Source of the DNA: Octopus sinensis
Lineage: Eukaryota
Assembly: GCF_006345805.1 (NCBI RefSeq)
Contig: NC_043003.1
Location: 94,240,001 to 94,304,000, forward strand
Length of the DNA: 64,000 bases
Direction: 5' to 3'
Under the pieces are notes generated by a model. It was not told where the DNA came from and did not search any database. It saw nothing but the letters and a program-made list of their open reading frames with translations. This document shows, one piece after another, positions 37,611 through 50,560 of the stretch. Position numbers and translations under genes: made by a program. Position 1 is the first letter of the stretch. Every line of letters starts with the position of its first letter.

Positions 37611-38789
37611 ATATAAGCACATACGCAAACACACACATGTGAATGAAAATGAATGTGTATGTGTACTCTTGTATATGAAAGCGTAAATATGTATACCTGA
37701 ATGCTTACACTTCCGTACATAAGTCATGATAGTCACATACAGGTATGAAAGTAAGTGCGTGCGTGTATGTGAATATGTGTTTGTGATGTATATTGTTATT
37801 GCTGTTGCTATTGTCTGTGCGATGTTTATAAGATTAATGGAACTATGTCAATAGTCCGGCATTTCCAATGTTTTAAGTAGTAGACAAGGCGGGTCATAAT
37901 ATAATATTTTGCTCTCACCGACGACCGCCCATATTGTCAGCCTCTGTACTACGTCATTGTAGTTAAACGTGCTTCTGGGATTTCCCAACAGTTGATGTAT
38001 ATGCGTGTCACGGATAGGAAATCGTCGCATCGCACCTACACTACATTGCGTTTTAATATCTCCCACCACATCATTTTACGCATTGACCACGCAAAGACCA
38101 CTTAAGGAAAACCTTCGTTTCAAGTTAATAAGCAGAAGAAGTAGATTAAAATTTCTGGAAAGAAATATATATATAGAAAGAAAGAAAAAGAGAGAGATAA
38201 AGAAAAAGTGTGTGTGAGAGAGAGAGGTAAAAGGAAGGAAAGGAAAAGAAACAAAAGCAAGAACAAAAACAAATCATTCAAACGTTGGTACAAGTTACCG
38301 TAGGCTTTGTTAGTAAATAATTATTTTTCTTAAAACAAAAGTACATCGTGGTCACATTTTATAGGATTTTTTTATAGAAAACCTCATAAGCGTTGTTTCA
38401 TTGAAACGCAAACGCTATCATTACCCAGATACACTCACAAACACACTCGTACACACATACACACGCGCACACTCACGTACAATCACGACGAAATATCGAT
38501 ATAACTATACAGTAATATTTCTATTTCGTATTGCTAAGTAATACAAGAATAGTTGCGTGTAACTGTTGATATAAAGATACAAAAGAAGCTATGATAGTTT
38601 GCCAAGTGGCTTCTGCTAAGTGTCTGTACTAGACTTAAGAGTATCTAGTAATTATTATTACCTGTGTGTAAATTCATCTGGTAAGACGCATACGTAGGGT
38701 TGCTTTGAGGTTTAGAAAACAAAAGTTATTACACCGAGGCTATATATTATCTGTAGTTACTACCAAAACTACACCAAAAGGATATTTCA

Positions 38790-38917
38790 ATGATGGCCAA
38801 GCCAATGGAAAGTGACAAGTTGATTGGACAAGTGAGCGAAGCTTTATCAAATGAGAAAAGTAATAGAGAAAGTACAACTACCACTCACCGCATGCATCAC
38901 CTACATAAACTGGAAAA
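38790..38917 (+). CDS. Candidate first coding exon of an unidentified host gene
   Basis: ATG-initiated MMAKPMESDKLIGQVSEALSNEKSNRESTTTTHRMHHLHKLE, ending at AA|GTAAGT and followed by T-rich intron-like sequence, in a repeat-poor block. No homology recognised. Confidence 0.4.
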
Positions 38918-40414
38918 GTAAGTTTTTGGTTTTTGTTTCGTACTTCCGTTTGTTATTATTTTTGTTTCATTTTATTTTATTTTATTTTTGTATGAAGGGA
39001 GAAGAGGGGTGGCCAAAAAATAAAATATATTTTAATCAAGATTTCTCTCTTTAAAAATACTCATTTTATTCATTACCATTTTTAACGCGGTCACTTGTGT
39101 GTGAGAAAGGATTATAACTGGCTGGAATTCTTAAGTGGTATTTTTGATTTCACAATACTTTATTGAACTATAACTAAACTTTATTCAATTTCTCACAATT
39201 ATTTTCTCTATATACTTTATTTCACAGTTTTTTTTAATGTAATTAAAAGTTTTGTTTTCCTTTATGATGCTTTTTATTTTTAATTTGATATTGAAATAAC
39301 TGCACTAAATCAAAAACAGGTATCATATGGAATCGATATTTAAAAGTCTTCTCAACTTCAGTGAATAGTCAACCACTCTCCTAACCGGAACGAAACGGTT
39401 TCGATTCATTCGAAACCGAATGACTGTAAATCGGACAAAAAAATATTTGAATCGAAATTATCATTTATTTTTGGTTCAGTAATTCGTTGTTCATTTTCCG
39501 TTCTTCAATTCTTTATTCGTTTTTATACCTTTGCTCTTTTAATCGTTTGATAGTTTCAACTTTGTTTATATAATATGAAACATTTTTTGCCTTCGTTATT
39601 ATCAGTGTTACCATTTCAAGTTATTTATGATTTCACTATGTCACTGCCATTCAATATAACCTACTTACAACATTTACGTATTTATTCACGTTAGTACTAT
39701 AATATTTCAAAATACTACTATACTATTCCACTATAGTACTATACTATTTCAGTCTGTATCTACAATATTTCTTCCTTGTCACAGACAAATATTAATTTCT
39801 TCTCCTAAACTACGGAGAATTCATCAAATATATTCATCTCACAATTCTAATCCTATCATAAATATATTTTACAGATGAGAAGCTTAACGTCAACATGGGA
39901 AAACACAAACACACATACGCGCGGACATAATACACATACACATACACACGCACACACAGATTTATATTTATGTGTGTGTATGCACATAAACATATGCATC
40001 TTTTTTCTTGTGTGTTCTTCATGTGTCCAGCGCATGCATTTCAATGAAACGGTTTATATGTGAGCGTACGTGTGAGTATATATGTGTATGAATATGCGTG
40101 CGAGTGTGTGTGTATGTGTACTCATTTTAATTACTTCCTTTTTCTGTATGATCATTCATTACTTTCTCAAATTATATTTGTTAATCATCATTTTTTTTTG
40201 TTTTTGTTTTTTCAATATCTGCAAAATCTAATTCGAATCTTTGCAATAAACACGTCTAATTATTGAGTTGTATAGATTTTACAAGGTGTCGAGAGCGATA
40301 TTCATAAATCCAATTTCGATTCTCGTTCACTTCCATGTAATTTCGTAAAGACCTAACCGTAACTATAACTACAATTCCTCGTTTTTGTGACCTACTGTAA
40401 TGCACTGTGTCCCT

Positions 40415-40482
<68 letters not shown>

Positions 40483-40544
40483 TATATATAATATATTTAT
40501 GTGTGTTTACATACATATACACATAGATGTATACAAACACACAC

Positions 40545-40592
<48 letters not shown>

Positions 40593-42522
40593 GCGTGTGC
40601 GTGCGTGTTTGTGTGTGTGTGTGTGTGGTGTGTGTGTGTGTGTGAACAAAAGCGAATTTACAGTTTTTAGAGAATTTTGTAACCGTTGCTGTCCGACACA
40701 GATATGATGCCAATGCCACTCATTTATAGCAATAATATTTTTAGAAAAAGATATAGATTTTATATTAACCACTTATGAGCTAATAAAAGATACATGTAAT
40801 TAGGTAAATTGATGCATCTCTATCCATTTAGCTTACGGCGCGATAAATAAATTATTAGTCTGTTTTGGCTAAATACTGATGAAATGTCTCCTGTCCGATA
40901 AGATGTTTTGTACATACCTTTTCCAAAATACAAAAATGAAAAGAAAGAAACTGATGGCTTATTGAAATAAAATGTCCTCAACCGAGCATTGAGCTGCTCT
41001 TCACCATAGAATTCCGAGAACTTACATTTTGATGAATGAAATTTGACAGACTGAGGAATGAAATGTTGATGGATATAGGCTGCAGGTCATTATAATTTCC
41101 TTGGTACTTTTAGGTTTTAGTATAGATGGAAATGTCCGATAGAATACTTAAATAGAGCATGTCTGTGGAAAATCTTCTCGTGAGAACAAAATCGTGGACG
41201 ATGTAAAGATTTGTTGTGGGATACAACGGTATATACTATTATCAATTGTTTACTCAGGAGAACCTCATTCACTGGTGAAACATGCTGCATTGGAGTAGAC
41301 TTTTCTATCACCGATTAATACAAGAAGTGAAGAAGTGTTGAGCACCGATCTTGAGGAAACTTGTGATTCACGAAATATATGATAAAAGTTTTGATGAATA
41401 TTGCTTGATTTAATACATTAGTACAAAGCCAGAGAACTGTAACGGGACGTGTTGTTGAATGAAGAGGCGGTAGAATACTGAAAATAGGTGTTGCAAAGAA
41501 TTTTATCAGCTATTTGATGTGTCTGCTACTGGGTTACATTCGAAAAAACTAATGCCAAAGTTTGATAAAATGTAATATATTTAAAAGGAACAAGATATTA
41601 TAATGAATCCATATGTTTGTAAGTAATGTATATTTTATCCACTTCGAGAAAGCTGAGGAACAAAATATAACACAACGAACATAAAATAAGAACGTGATAT
41701 ATAATAAGTTGGAAATAAATAACAAACTGTAACTATTTAAGCTTGGTCATAAAAAATTCAAATAATTTTCCCTGAAGATGAACTGTTGTACAAGAATAAA
41801 CAAACGAACGCCAACACTGCGTTATATATTCTTTTTGAATATGTGCTTTGTAGTAGCTAAGCGTTGCCGCCTGTAAAATCATTGAAAGTTTTGAAAAGGT
41901 CTACAACATTACCGAAATATTGGTTACATATAAAGTCATTTCATCTTACAGCGATGACCTGGATCTACAACATGTTGCTTACATATTGTGAGTTAAACTT
42001 AGCTTTTTATGAAGTAGGTGTTTTACATATACAGATTTTACAATACAGTGCTAAGATACGAACTGCGAAGCTTTCCAATAGTATATCATAAACTTCCCAA
42101 CTCAGCTACCTATAAGATTTATTTGTAATGCACGTACAAATGGACAACATTAATGTTTAAAGATATTGCAGCACATGTAATAACGTGATGATTACCAATC
42201 ATATGAGAGCGTACGACCTGAGAAATGTGTAAACATATATTAGTCTCAGTGGAGGCCGAGTATTTTTTCAATGATCCATTTTCTGTAATGTGGTTCATTT
42301 ATAGAATGACAAACCAAAAATCATTGCTGCAAATTAAGTAGGGAACGAGATCAATCTATTCGTTTTGTCAACAAAGATTTTCTAGGTGATAAATAAGTAC
42401 ACACTTACTCTTTCTCCCCCTCTCCCTCTCTGTTTCACACATACAGTCACACGCACAGATACATATTAATTATAAAAAATACTTGTTAGCATGTATGTGC
42501 GCAAGCATATATACATAATATA

Positions 42523-42596
<74 letters not shown>

Positions 42597-42650
42597 GCCT
42601 GTCTGTACGTTGGTGCATATATATATATATATATTATATATATATATATG

Positions 42651-42699
<49 letters not shown>

Positions 42700-43040
42700 C
42701 TTTATTTATACGCGCGTACACAAATACGCCCTGCAGAGAGAGAGAGAGAAAGAAGGCAAGAGAGGGAAGAGAGACAGAGAAAAAAATGAGTGGGTAGGAG
42801 AAACATTAGGGCGTCGGAAAATGCTTTGCACTATTTTACCTATTTTAATCCTACTAAGATTAACTTCAACTTTCTTTAGGAGTCAATACAATAAAGAATT
42901 CAATTCTGGTGTTGTGTCTATATGTTAAAAAAACTTTCAATCACTCAACGAATTTCTATTTTGCGCGAGCGCGTGTGCATTCTTTATATATAAAGCGCAG
43001 ACAACTTTGACAGCTTGCCCTAATTTAACGCATTATACAG

Positions 43041-43074
<34 letters not shown>

Positions 43075-43756
43075 TATATATATATCATATGTATACATAT
43101 ATAGGCGCAATATTTGCTCGATAATTTATGGTAAACCTATCAAATTCACCCATAAAATACGTTGTGTCGTTTCCAAGATGGATATAGAGAGATAACAAGT
43201 ATGCCTCAACTTTTATGTGATAAAAATTGAACTGGGCATTTTTTTTTATATGGCATAAACTACGTTTTGGTGAGAGTCATTTCAACATTACTTGCCTGTA
43301 TCAAAGAACTGAACGTTTGTAAGATGTGAAAATTGTAATGCATAAAATACTCAGAAGAAAACTGTCTGTACCAGAGATGAAGAACCATTTTAAATTGGAC
43401 AGTCCTTTTCGAGGTAATTGCCATCTGAAAAGCTTACACTGAACTTTACTACCAAATGACAAGGAGACATTTCAAAAGCAAAGACAAACCTGTTATTTCA
43501 TAAAATATTACTCTTCATAACAAATGTAGTGGATGTAACAAATGTAAATGAGTCTCGGAAGAAGAATCGCCACAAATCAATAAAATTATATGCCACTTTA
43601 TTGTTATTGTTTTTTTAACCCTTACACAATATGCATGTTTCGGACTACCGCTTGACTTCTCCCCTACCCAACCTCTGGTCTACAATAGCTACGGATCATT
43701 AAACCAAAAGACAACAAATCAAAGTAATCAATGATCAATGCTAACGAATAAGAAAA

Positions 43757-43792
<36 letters not shown>

Positions 43793-43812
43793 AACCATTA
43801 TTATTATTATTA

Positions 43813-43849
<37 letters not shown>

Positions 43850-43851
43850 TA

Positions 43852-44206
43852 TTGCCTTTGCACAACTTCTAACACTGGAGATGTACTACAGTGTCAGCTG
43901 TTCACTACCAGTGAACTAAGGTAATACCCCTTATTTTTCGAGCACCTTCCGGAGTATTCGAGTGGTTCCAAGCAGTGCTGTTTTCTGAAAGTGCTCCACC
44001 CTTATTGCAGCCCCTATTTGTTCCACGTACTTCTCAAGATTTTTCCTCACTGTTCCTAGGGCTCCGACAATTATTGGTACTAATGCTACCTTTTTCTTCG
44101 ACCACAACTGCTTAGCCCCCCTCCCCAAGCTAACCTGTCATATCTCTCGACTTTTCTTTCTTCCTTATCGCATACCTTGTTGTCAGCTGGGCATGCTATA
44201 TCTATA
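43852..44206 (-). mobile_element. Dong/R4-like non-LTR retrotransposon 3' end (restriction-like endonuclease) inside trinucleotide repeats
   Basis: IDIACPADNKVCDKEERKVERYDRLAWE..QLW...VPIIVGALG..QKTALLGTTRILRKVL. The 3' end abuts (TAA)n. Confidence 0.85.
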
Positions 44207-44220
44207 TCATTATTATTATT

Positions 44221-44255
<35 letters not shown>

Positions 44256-44286
44256 ATCATCATCATCATCATTATTATTATTATTA

Positions 44287-44495
44287 AGGCAGCAATCTGG
44301 TAGAGTCTCACAACGTAAAGACGGACAAAATGCTTAGCAGCATTTTGACCGTCTTTTTGTTGTGAGTTCTAATTCCACCGAGGTCAACTTGCCTTTCATC
44401 TCTTCGAAGTCGATAAAATGACTACCAGTCAAACACCGGGGTCGACTATCCCCCTCCTACGAATGGCTGGCCTTGTACCAATATTTGAAACCAAT
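44287..44495 (+). mobile_element. SINE family B, diverged
   Basis: Head ggcagcaatctggtagagtc and domain gcctttcatc..gtcgataaaatga.taccag. Confidence 0.75.
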
Positions 44496-45374
44496 TTTAT
44501 TATTATCATAATTATGAATTAGAGGTATGCACATAGCAAGCTGAACTGTAACTACATTAATCATAGAGTAATCAAGCAATATTTTCACAACTGATTCTGG
44601 TGCAAAAGTTTCGATCAAACACGAAGAACATGATCATTGGGATATTCACATATTGAAAGCAGTCTTCACTAAGAATTTGTACTTCATTTTTAAACAAGTC
44701 TTAAATTAAATTTTGAGGGAAAATTGTAATCACTAGGAAAACTGTAATTGGTATCATGGCAGAATTTCTCTAGTCATTAAGTGACACTTTTATGAATTCT
44801 AGTCGGATGATAAAAGAAGAAAATATTGCACAAATTCAATATTGTGCTAAACGCTGCTTAATATCATTTTTCCTGTCATTATTTTCTGTTCCTAGGGCGG
44901 AGCATCGACATATTTGTTAGAAAATAGGATAAAATGATTTGCAGAATTTTTTCCGAATATTTAGGTTCGATGTTCAAAACCTGCCGGAACCAAGACAATT
45001 ATTTTTTTTGTTTCTAACAGCTAAAGTAAAGCAGCAGTTTTACTACATTATGGTCATTTAAAAAATTGCGATTCATCACCTGAGTGGTATAAGTTACGTT
45101 GATTTTAAGCATAGGTTTAGAAGGAAATAGGTACATTATGCTGGACGAGGCAACATATAAGAAACCCTGTAGACTCACACGAACTAGCAAACAGAATAAC
45201 AGCCAGATTCCTCTTAAGTTAATGTTACATTTTTTTTTAAATCCTTGAAATACAATGGCATTAAATATTATAGTCAAAGCTAGACAATTCATCCATATGT
45301 CTTCTCTGTTAAGGACGAAATGCAATTTAATAACGACGATAATAACAGCTACTATAATATGGTATGAACAATAA

Positions 45375-46368
45375 TATTCTTTCTACTGATGGTACAAGGT
45401 CTGAAATTTTAGGAGAGGGGACTAGTCGATTACATCGATCCCAGTGTTTCACTGGTACTTAATTTATTGATCATGAAAGGATGGAAGGCAAAGTCAACAT
45501 CGGCGGAATTAGAACTCAGGACGTAGCGACGGGCTAAATACCAGCTATTTCGTCCAGAGTGCTAATGATTCTGCCAGCTTGCCGCCTTTCAATATGAACA
45601 GTAATATCAACAACAACATTAACAAATATACATTTCTACTCTAGGCACAAGGCCCGAACATTTTCGGGGAGGGGGCCAGTCGATTAGCTCGACCCCAATA
45701 CGCAACTGGTACTAAATTTATCAACTCCGAAAGGATGAAAGGCAAAGTCGATCTCGGCGGAATAACATTAACAAGTATAGCAGCAACAACAACAGCCACA
45801 ACACTGTATCAAAAAAGATATCATCAACAATAGAATCATCATAAACGTCAATAACATCAGCGAAGATGTTCTTTAAATAATTTTAAAAAGTCAAGTCGAT
45901 ATTTTAAAACAAATTGTATTATACCTTTTATATTGGTTTCAAATTTTGGCATAAGGCCAGCAAGTTCATAGGGAGAGGTTAACTCGATTGCATGGACCCC
46001 TCAATCCTCAACTAGTACTTATTTTATCGACCCTGAAAGGATGAAAGGAAAAGTCGACCTCGGCAGCATTTGAACTCAGGACGTAAAGTCGGATGAAATG
46101 CCGCTAAGCATTTTACCTGGTGTGTTTACGCTCCTGCCAGCTCGCCACCTTATTCATACCGCTAATATTAGTATCATACATAAGGCGGCGAGCAGGCAAA
46201 AATGCTAAGTGGCATTTCATCCGTCTTTACATTCTGAGTTCAAATTCCGCCGATGTTGACTTTACCTTTCACCCTTTCGGGGTCAATAAAATAAGTACTG
46301 GGGGACAATATAATCGACTTGTCACCTCCCCCAAATTGTTAGCCTTGTGCCAAAATTTGAAACGAATA
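45375..46368. mobile_element. Cluster of four family B SINEs (three on -, one on +)
   Basis: Copies at about 45375-45588 (-), 45631-45763 (-), 45932-46150 (-) and 46183-46368 (+). Confidence 0.85.
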
Positions 46369-47219
46369 TTAGTAACAAACTCACACATAATAATGCAATC
46401 ACACACAAGCACACACCAATCTATGCATACGCACTTTGCACATGATATAAACAAATATAAAACTTATTCCCATAATCGTACACATACTTATATTTTAGAA
46501 ATTTCCTACCGAAATGCGTTAACGGTGGTGAAAACTTACTTACATGCTAGATATTACCAAATAACTATGTATCAACAAACTCAGTATCACACCCCGAGCT
46601 ATATATACGTATTGGTTACTTGTAGAACTTTTAGCCGAAAAAGACGAAACAATCAAGGCTTGAGATAACATCAGTATCTATTTGCATAAAAATATCTGTC
46701 ATGCGAAAATTTGTCGATCTCCTGTAGCCTTAGCAATGCTGATTCTAAAGGATTTCTCTTGTCTAAAAGCTTTACCCGATTGTGTTGAAACTAAAATTCT
46801 TTGGAATTATTATCATTGCTTTCGCTGGAATCCTCAAGGTCTCACTATTGCTACTTTTGATTATTTTTCTTATTCTTTTTTCCAATTTACTTTTTCAGCT
46901 CGCTCCCTATTTTTGTTTTACCACCTTTCATTCATTATATCAATTTGTTCAAATTTTCTAAAGTTTAATTTGACATTTAAAAGCCGTTTGAAAGAAAGCT
47001 TAGGTTAGCTATTGATAACTAGTTCTTGCAGAATTAACCTAAAACGAAGTAAATCATTATCGCTTAATGTTGCATGGATTTTGTCCGGAGGGAAGGATTT
47101 AATCAATAGCTGAATTGTAACACTAAGGCGTCTTATTCTAAACTAACATATAGAGTGCTTTGCAGTCGAAGAATATGTGAAAAACAAAAAAAATTAAAGG
47201 AATTTCAGTATTATGATTA

Positions 47220-47604
47220 TCTCTCTATATATAAACGGCAGTTTGTCTGTGCGTGTTTCTGTGTGTCTGTTTGCTTATACCCTCACCCTGACCACGGCTT
47301 TCAACCGATTCTGATGAAACTTGACACACACATAGCCCAATGTCATAATTCAAAACTAACGTAGCGAAAATTTTGAAAAGTTCCCCCAGTTCTGAAAAAA
47401 AATCGATAAATTCGACATGGGCTCGAGAATCAGGAACACAAACCGCAAACTGTCTAGGGGACGCAACTCCACCTTTTTTCACTCTCAAAAAAAATTTACC
47501 ATCATTTTTTTCCATTTTTTTGCTATTTTTTGGCTATAACTCCCTAAAAATGCTTTATAGTTATTTCCCTTACAAACCTGAGCAACGCCGGGCGATACTG
47601 CTAG
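47220..47604 (+). mobile_element. Non-autonomous Helitron
   Basis: 5' TC, TGTC-rich head, and 3' end cctgagcaacgccgggcgatactgCTAG|T shared with 26205-26615. Confidence 0.8.
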
Positions 47605-47613
47605 TTCTCTCTA

Positions 47614-47836
47614 AAGGCGGCGAACTGGCAGAATCATTAACACGCCGGACAAGAGTCTTAACAGCATTTCGTCCGTCTTTACGTTCTGAGTTAAAATTCC
47701 GCGGAGGTCAACTTTACCTTTCATCCTTTCAGGGTCTATAAAATAAGTGCCAGCTGGAGTACTAGAATCAATGTAATCGGCTAACACCTTCCCCCAATGT
47801 TTCAGGTTTTATACCCATAGTAGAAAGGATTATTAT
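47614..47836 (+). mobile_element. SINE family B
   Basis: ggcggcgaactggcagaatc head through the tail. Confidence 0.8.
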
Positions 47837-48464
47837 TCTCACTGCTGGACATCCAATTCCTGAAAAATTCCCGAACAAGTATCCTGCTTGTTAACTGTCT
47901 ATATTTCTATACTCATTAACATAATCTTTAGTTGGCATTTAGCTGGTTTAAAGAACTGAAGGTGCCATATGTTTCATCTGAATTTACTTCATACTGCTGA
48001 ACCAATGTAGCGTAGAAAAACTCTTGAGGTTGCTTTGATTCAAAGTATGTACTATTTGTGTAGGTAGACAGCAGGGGACTGAATCTATAAGGTAGCAATC
48101 CATGCAGAAGCACGCAGAGCAATTTATATTTATTTGTATAGAATGTGGAGGTGGTCGCCCAGGGGACTAAATATGTAAACTATGAAACCATGCTGGCGCA
48201 CGTATAGTTTCGCATTTATTAGTATAGATAATTGGATACGTGCACTTATAGTATTGTCTTCATTGCCTTATATCTTTGCTTGTTTAAACTTAAAATAGGC
48301 ACGTGGTTCATCTACAATGGTAACTCAGTGGAAAGGGTGTGGTAGGCATTTGAAGCATCGGTTTCAAAATATGAAACTGATTATAAAATATAACACCATA
48401 GTAATTAGGGATTTTTTGGAAAATCTCAATAGGATACAGCGATATAAGTTTATATTTATAGAAA

Positions 48465-49650
48465 TATAATTATAATTAAGGGCGCTGGAATGCCAACACC
48501 TATACACTAGAAGTATATGTCAAATGCCTACTATCCTTCCTAAATTTGTTTTCTATTTATAACCCTAGGTCGAATGCGAAGTAATTTCGAATAATGCTAT
48601 ATCTTAAGATTTCATGCTCTGTAATAAAGATTACTTTGCAATCTCCTGTAGAGATACACAAATAAATATATAAGCGAAAAATACATATACATACCGATAA
48701 ATCTATTCGTACAGATACCAATATATATATGCATTTCCCGCGTATACATTCCATCTACTAGCCCATCTCGACCATGTGGTTAATATCAGAATTCATATGG
48801 GATATGTACCGCAGCATAATATAATGACTAGAGAGCTAAAAAAATTATTTATACTTATAAATTGAGCATATAATCATTAAAATGATAATATCAGTGACTA
48901 GCGTATAAAAAAATGACCATATCGGTAAAATTAATTTTTAAAAATATGATTATAAAAATATAATTATAATTAAGGGCGCTGGAATGCCAATGTCTATACG
49001 CTAGAAATAGATGTCAATTAATTACAATCCACACTAAATTTGTTCTGTATTTTTGACCCCAGATCGAATGCGAGGTAATGAGCAAGAAGATTTACAAAAT
49101 TTTGGATAATCCTATATCTCAAAATTTCATGCTCTGTTATAAAGACTACTTTGAAATCTGCAGTAGAGGTATACCGACAAATATATAAACGAAAATACAT
49201 ATACATACCGATAAATCTATTCGTACAGATACCTATATATACATGTATTTCCCGCGTATACATTCCATCTTCTAGCCCGTTTGGCTAGTCACTGAATAGA
49301 ATCATTTTAATGATTATATCTTTAATTTATAAGTATAAAATCATTTTGAGTTCTCTAGTCATTATGCTGCAGTACCGTATTTAGCCCGTATGATTTCTCA
49401 TGGTTGAGATGGGCTAGTAGATGGAATGTACTCGCGGGAAAATGCAAGTATGTACAGGTGTCTGTACGAATAGATTTATTGGTATGTATATGTATTTTTC
49501 GCTTATATATTTCTTGGTGTATGTCTACAGAGGATTGCAAAGTAATCTTTATTACAGAGCATGAAATCTTAAGATACAGGATTAGCCGAAATTTTGTAAG
49601 TCTTCTTGGTCATTACCTCGCATTCCACCAGGGGTTATAGACAGAGAAAA
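48465..49650. repeat. Diverged unit in a tandem-plus-inverted arrangement (spacing about 500 bp)
   Basis: 48465-48902 and 48960-49278 are direct copies; 49283-49650 is inverted. Confidence 0.85.
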
Positions 49651-49737
<87 letters not shown>

Positions 49738-49763
49738 ATTGTGTGTGTGTGTGTGTTTGTGTG

Positions 49764-49813
<50 letters not shown>

Positions 49814-50039
49814 AGCGTGTGAGTACGTTTGTGTGTATGTATTCTGCATATTCATATGTTGTTTGTGTGTTCATGTTTGTGTTTGTACATGTGTGTGTGT
49901 GTGTGTGTGAGTATGGTACAGCTATTCCAGCGATCTTCGGTGCTTTTCTTCACTGCCGAGCTGATGGTAGGTGATCTTCCCCTTTGGGATTTGGTGAGGC
50001 AAAACCTACTAAGGTCATGATTATCTTGGCAGTTACAGT

Positions 50040-50560
50040 CATAGCTTAGTTTAAGGAGGAGGCCTAGTTCGCGGAACTCTACCTCACTCTCACAGAAAAT
50101 CTCAATGCACTTTTCTACAGCAAAATCTATCTATAGATGAGTAGACTGAAATTACATCCACTACATAACCTGTGAGGTCGTTGGAAGGGCTGCTGCAACT
50201 ACTCCTTCTACCGATGAGATCCTCCGTGCTCACACAGACAACCGGGGAGAAGTCAATGAGTGGTCGTAACACCTGTAACAAGAAGTAGGATAAGCTATAA
50301 TTGCTGGAGATATTCGCTCCGTAAACTGGCCGGGTTGAGGGCCCCATAACAGGGTCTACGTATGGCTCATGAGTCTTACTTAACTCATATAGCATAGGAT
50401 CATCGTTGTTGAATGCTTGGAAATTTTGTGCATTCCGTTTCTTGCGTTGGAGTATCTTGCACCACATTCCTATAGGTGCATTGAGGAGTTTTTCATGTTC
50501 CTGTGGTGCAATTTCTCTCATGCTAGTGTTGTGTTGTTGCATGATCTGAACATAGTTCTG
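50040..50560 (-). mobile_element. Penelope-like reverse transcriptase fragment
   Basis: PMLYELSKTHE..PSTRPV..SSNYSLSYFLLQVLRPL..STEDL..DVISVYSSID matches PLE RT domains 1-3. Confidence 0.8.
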
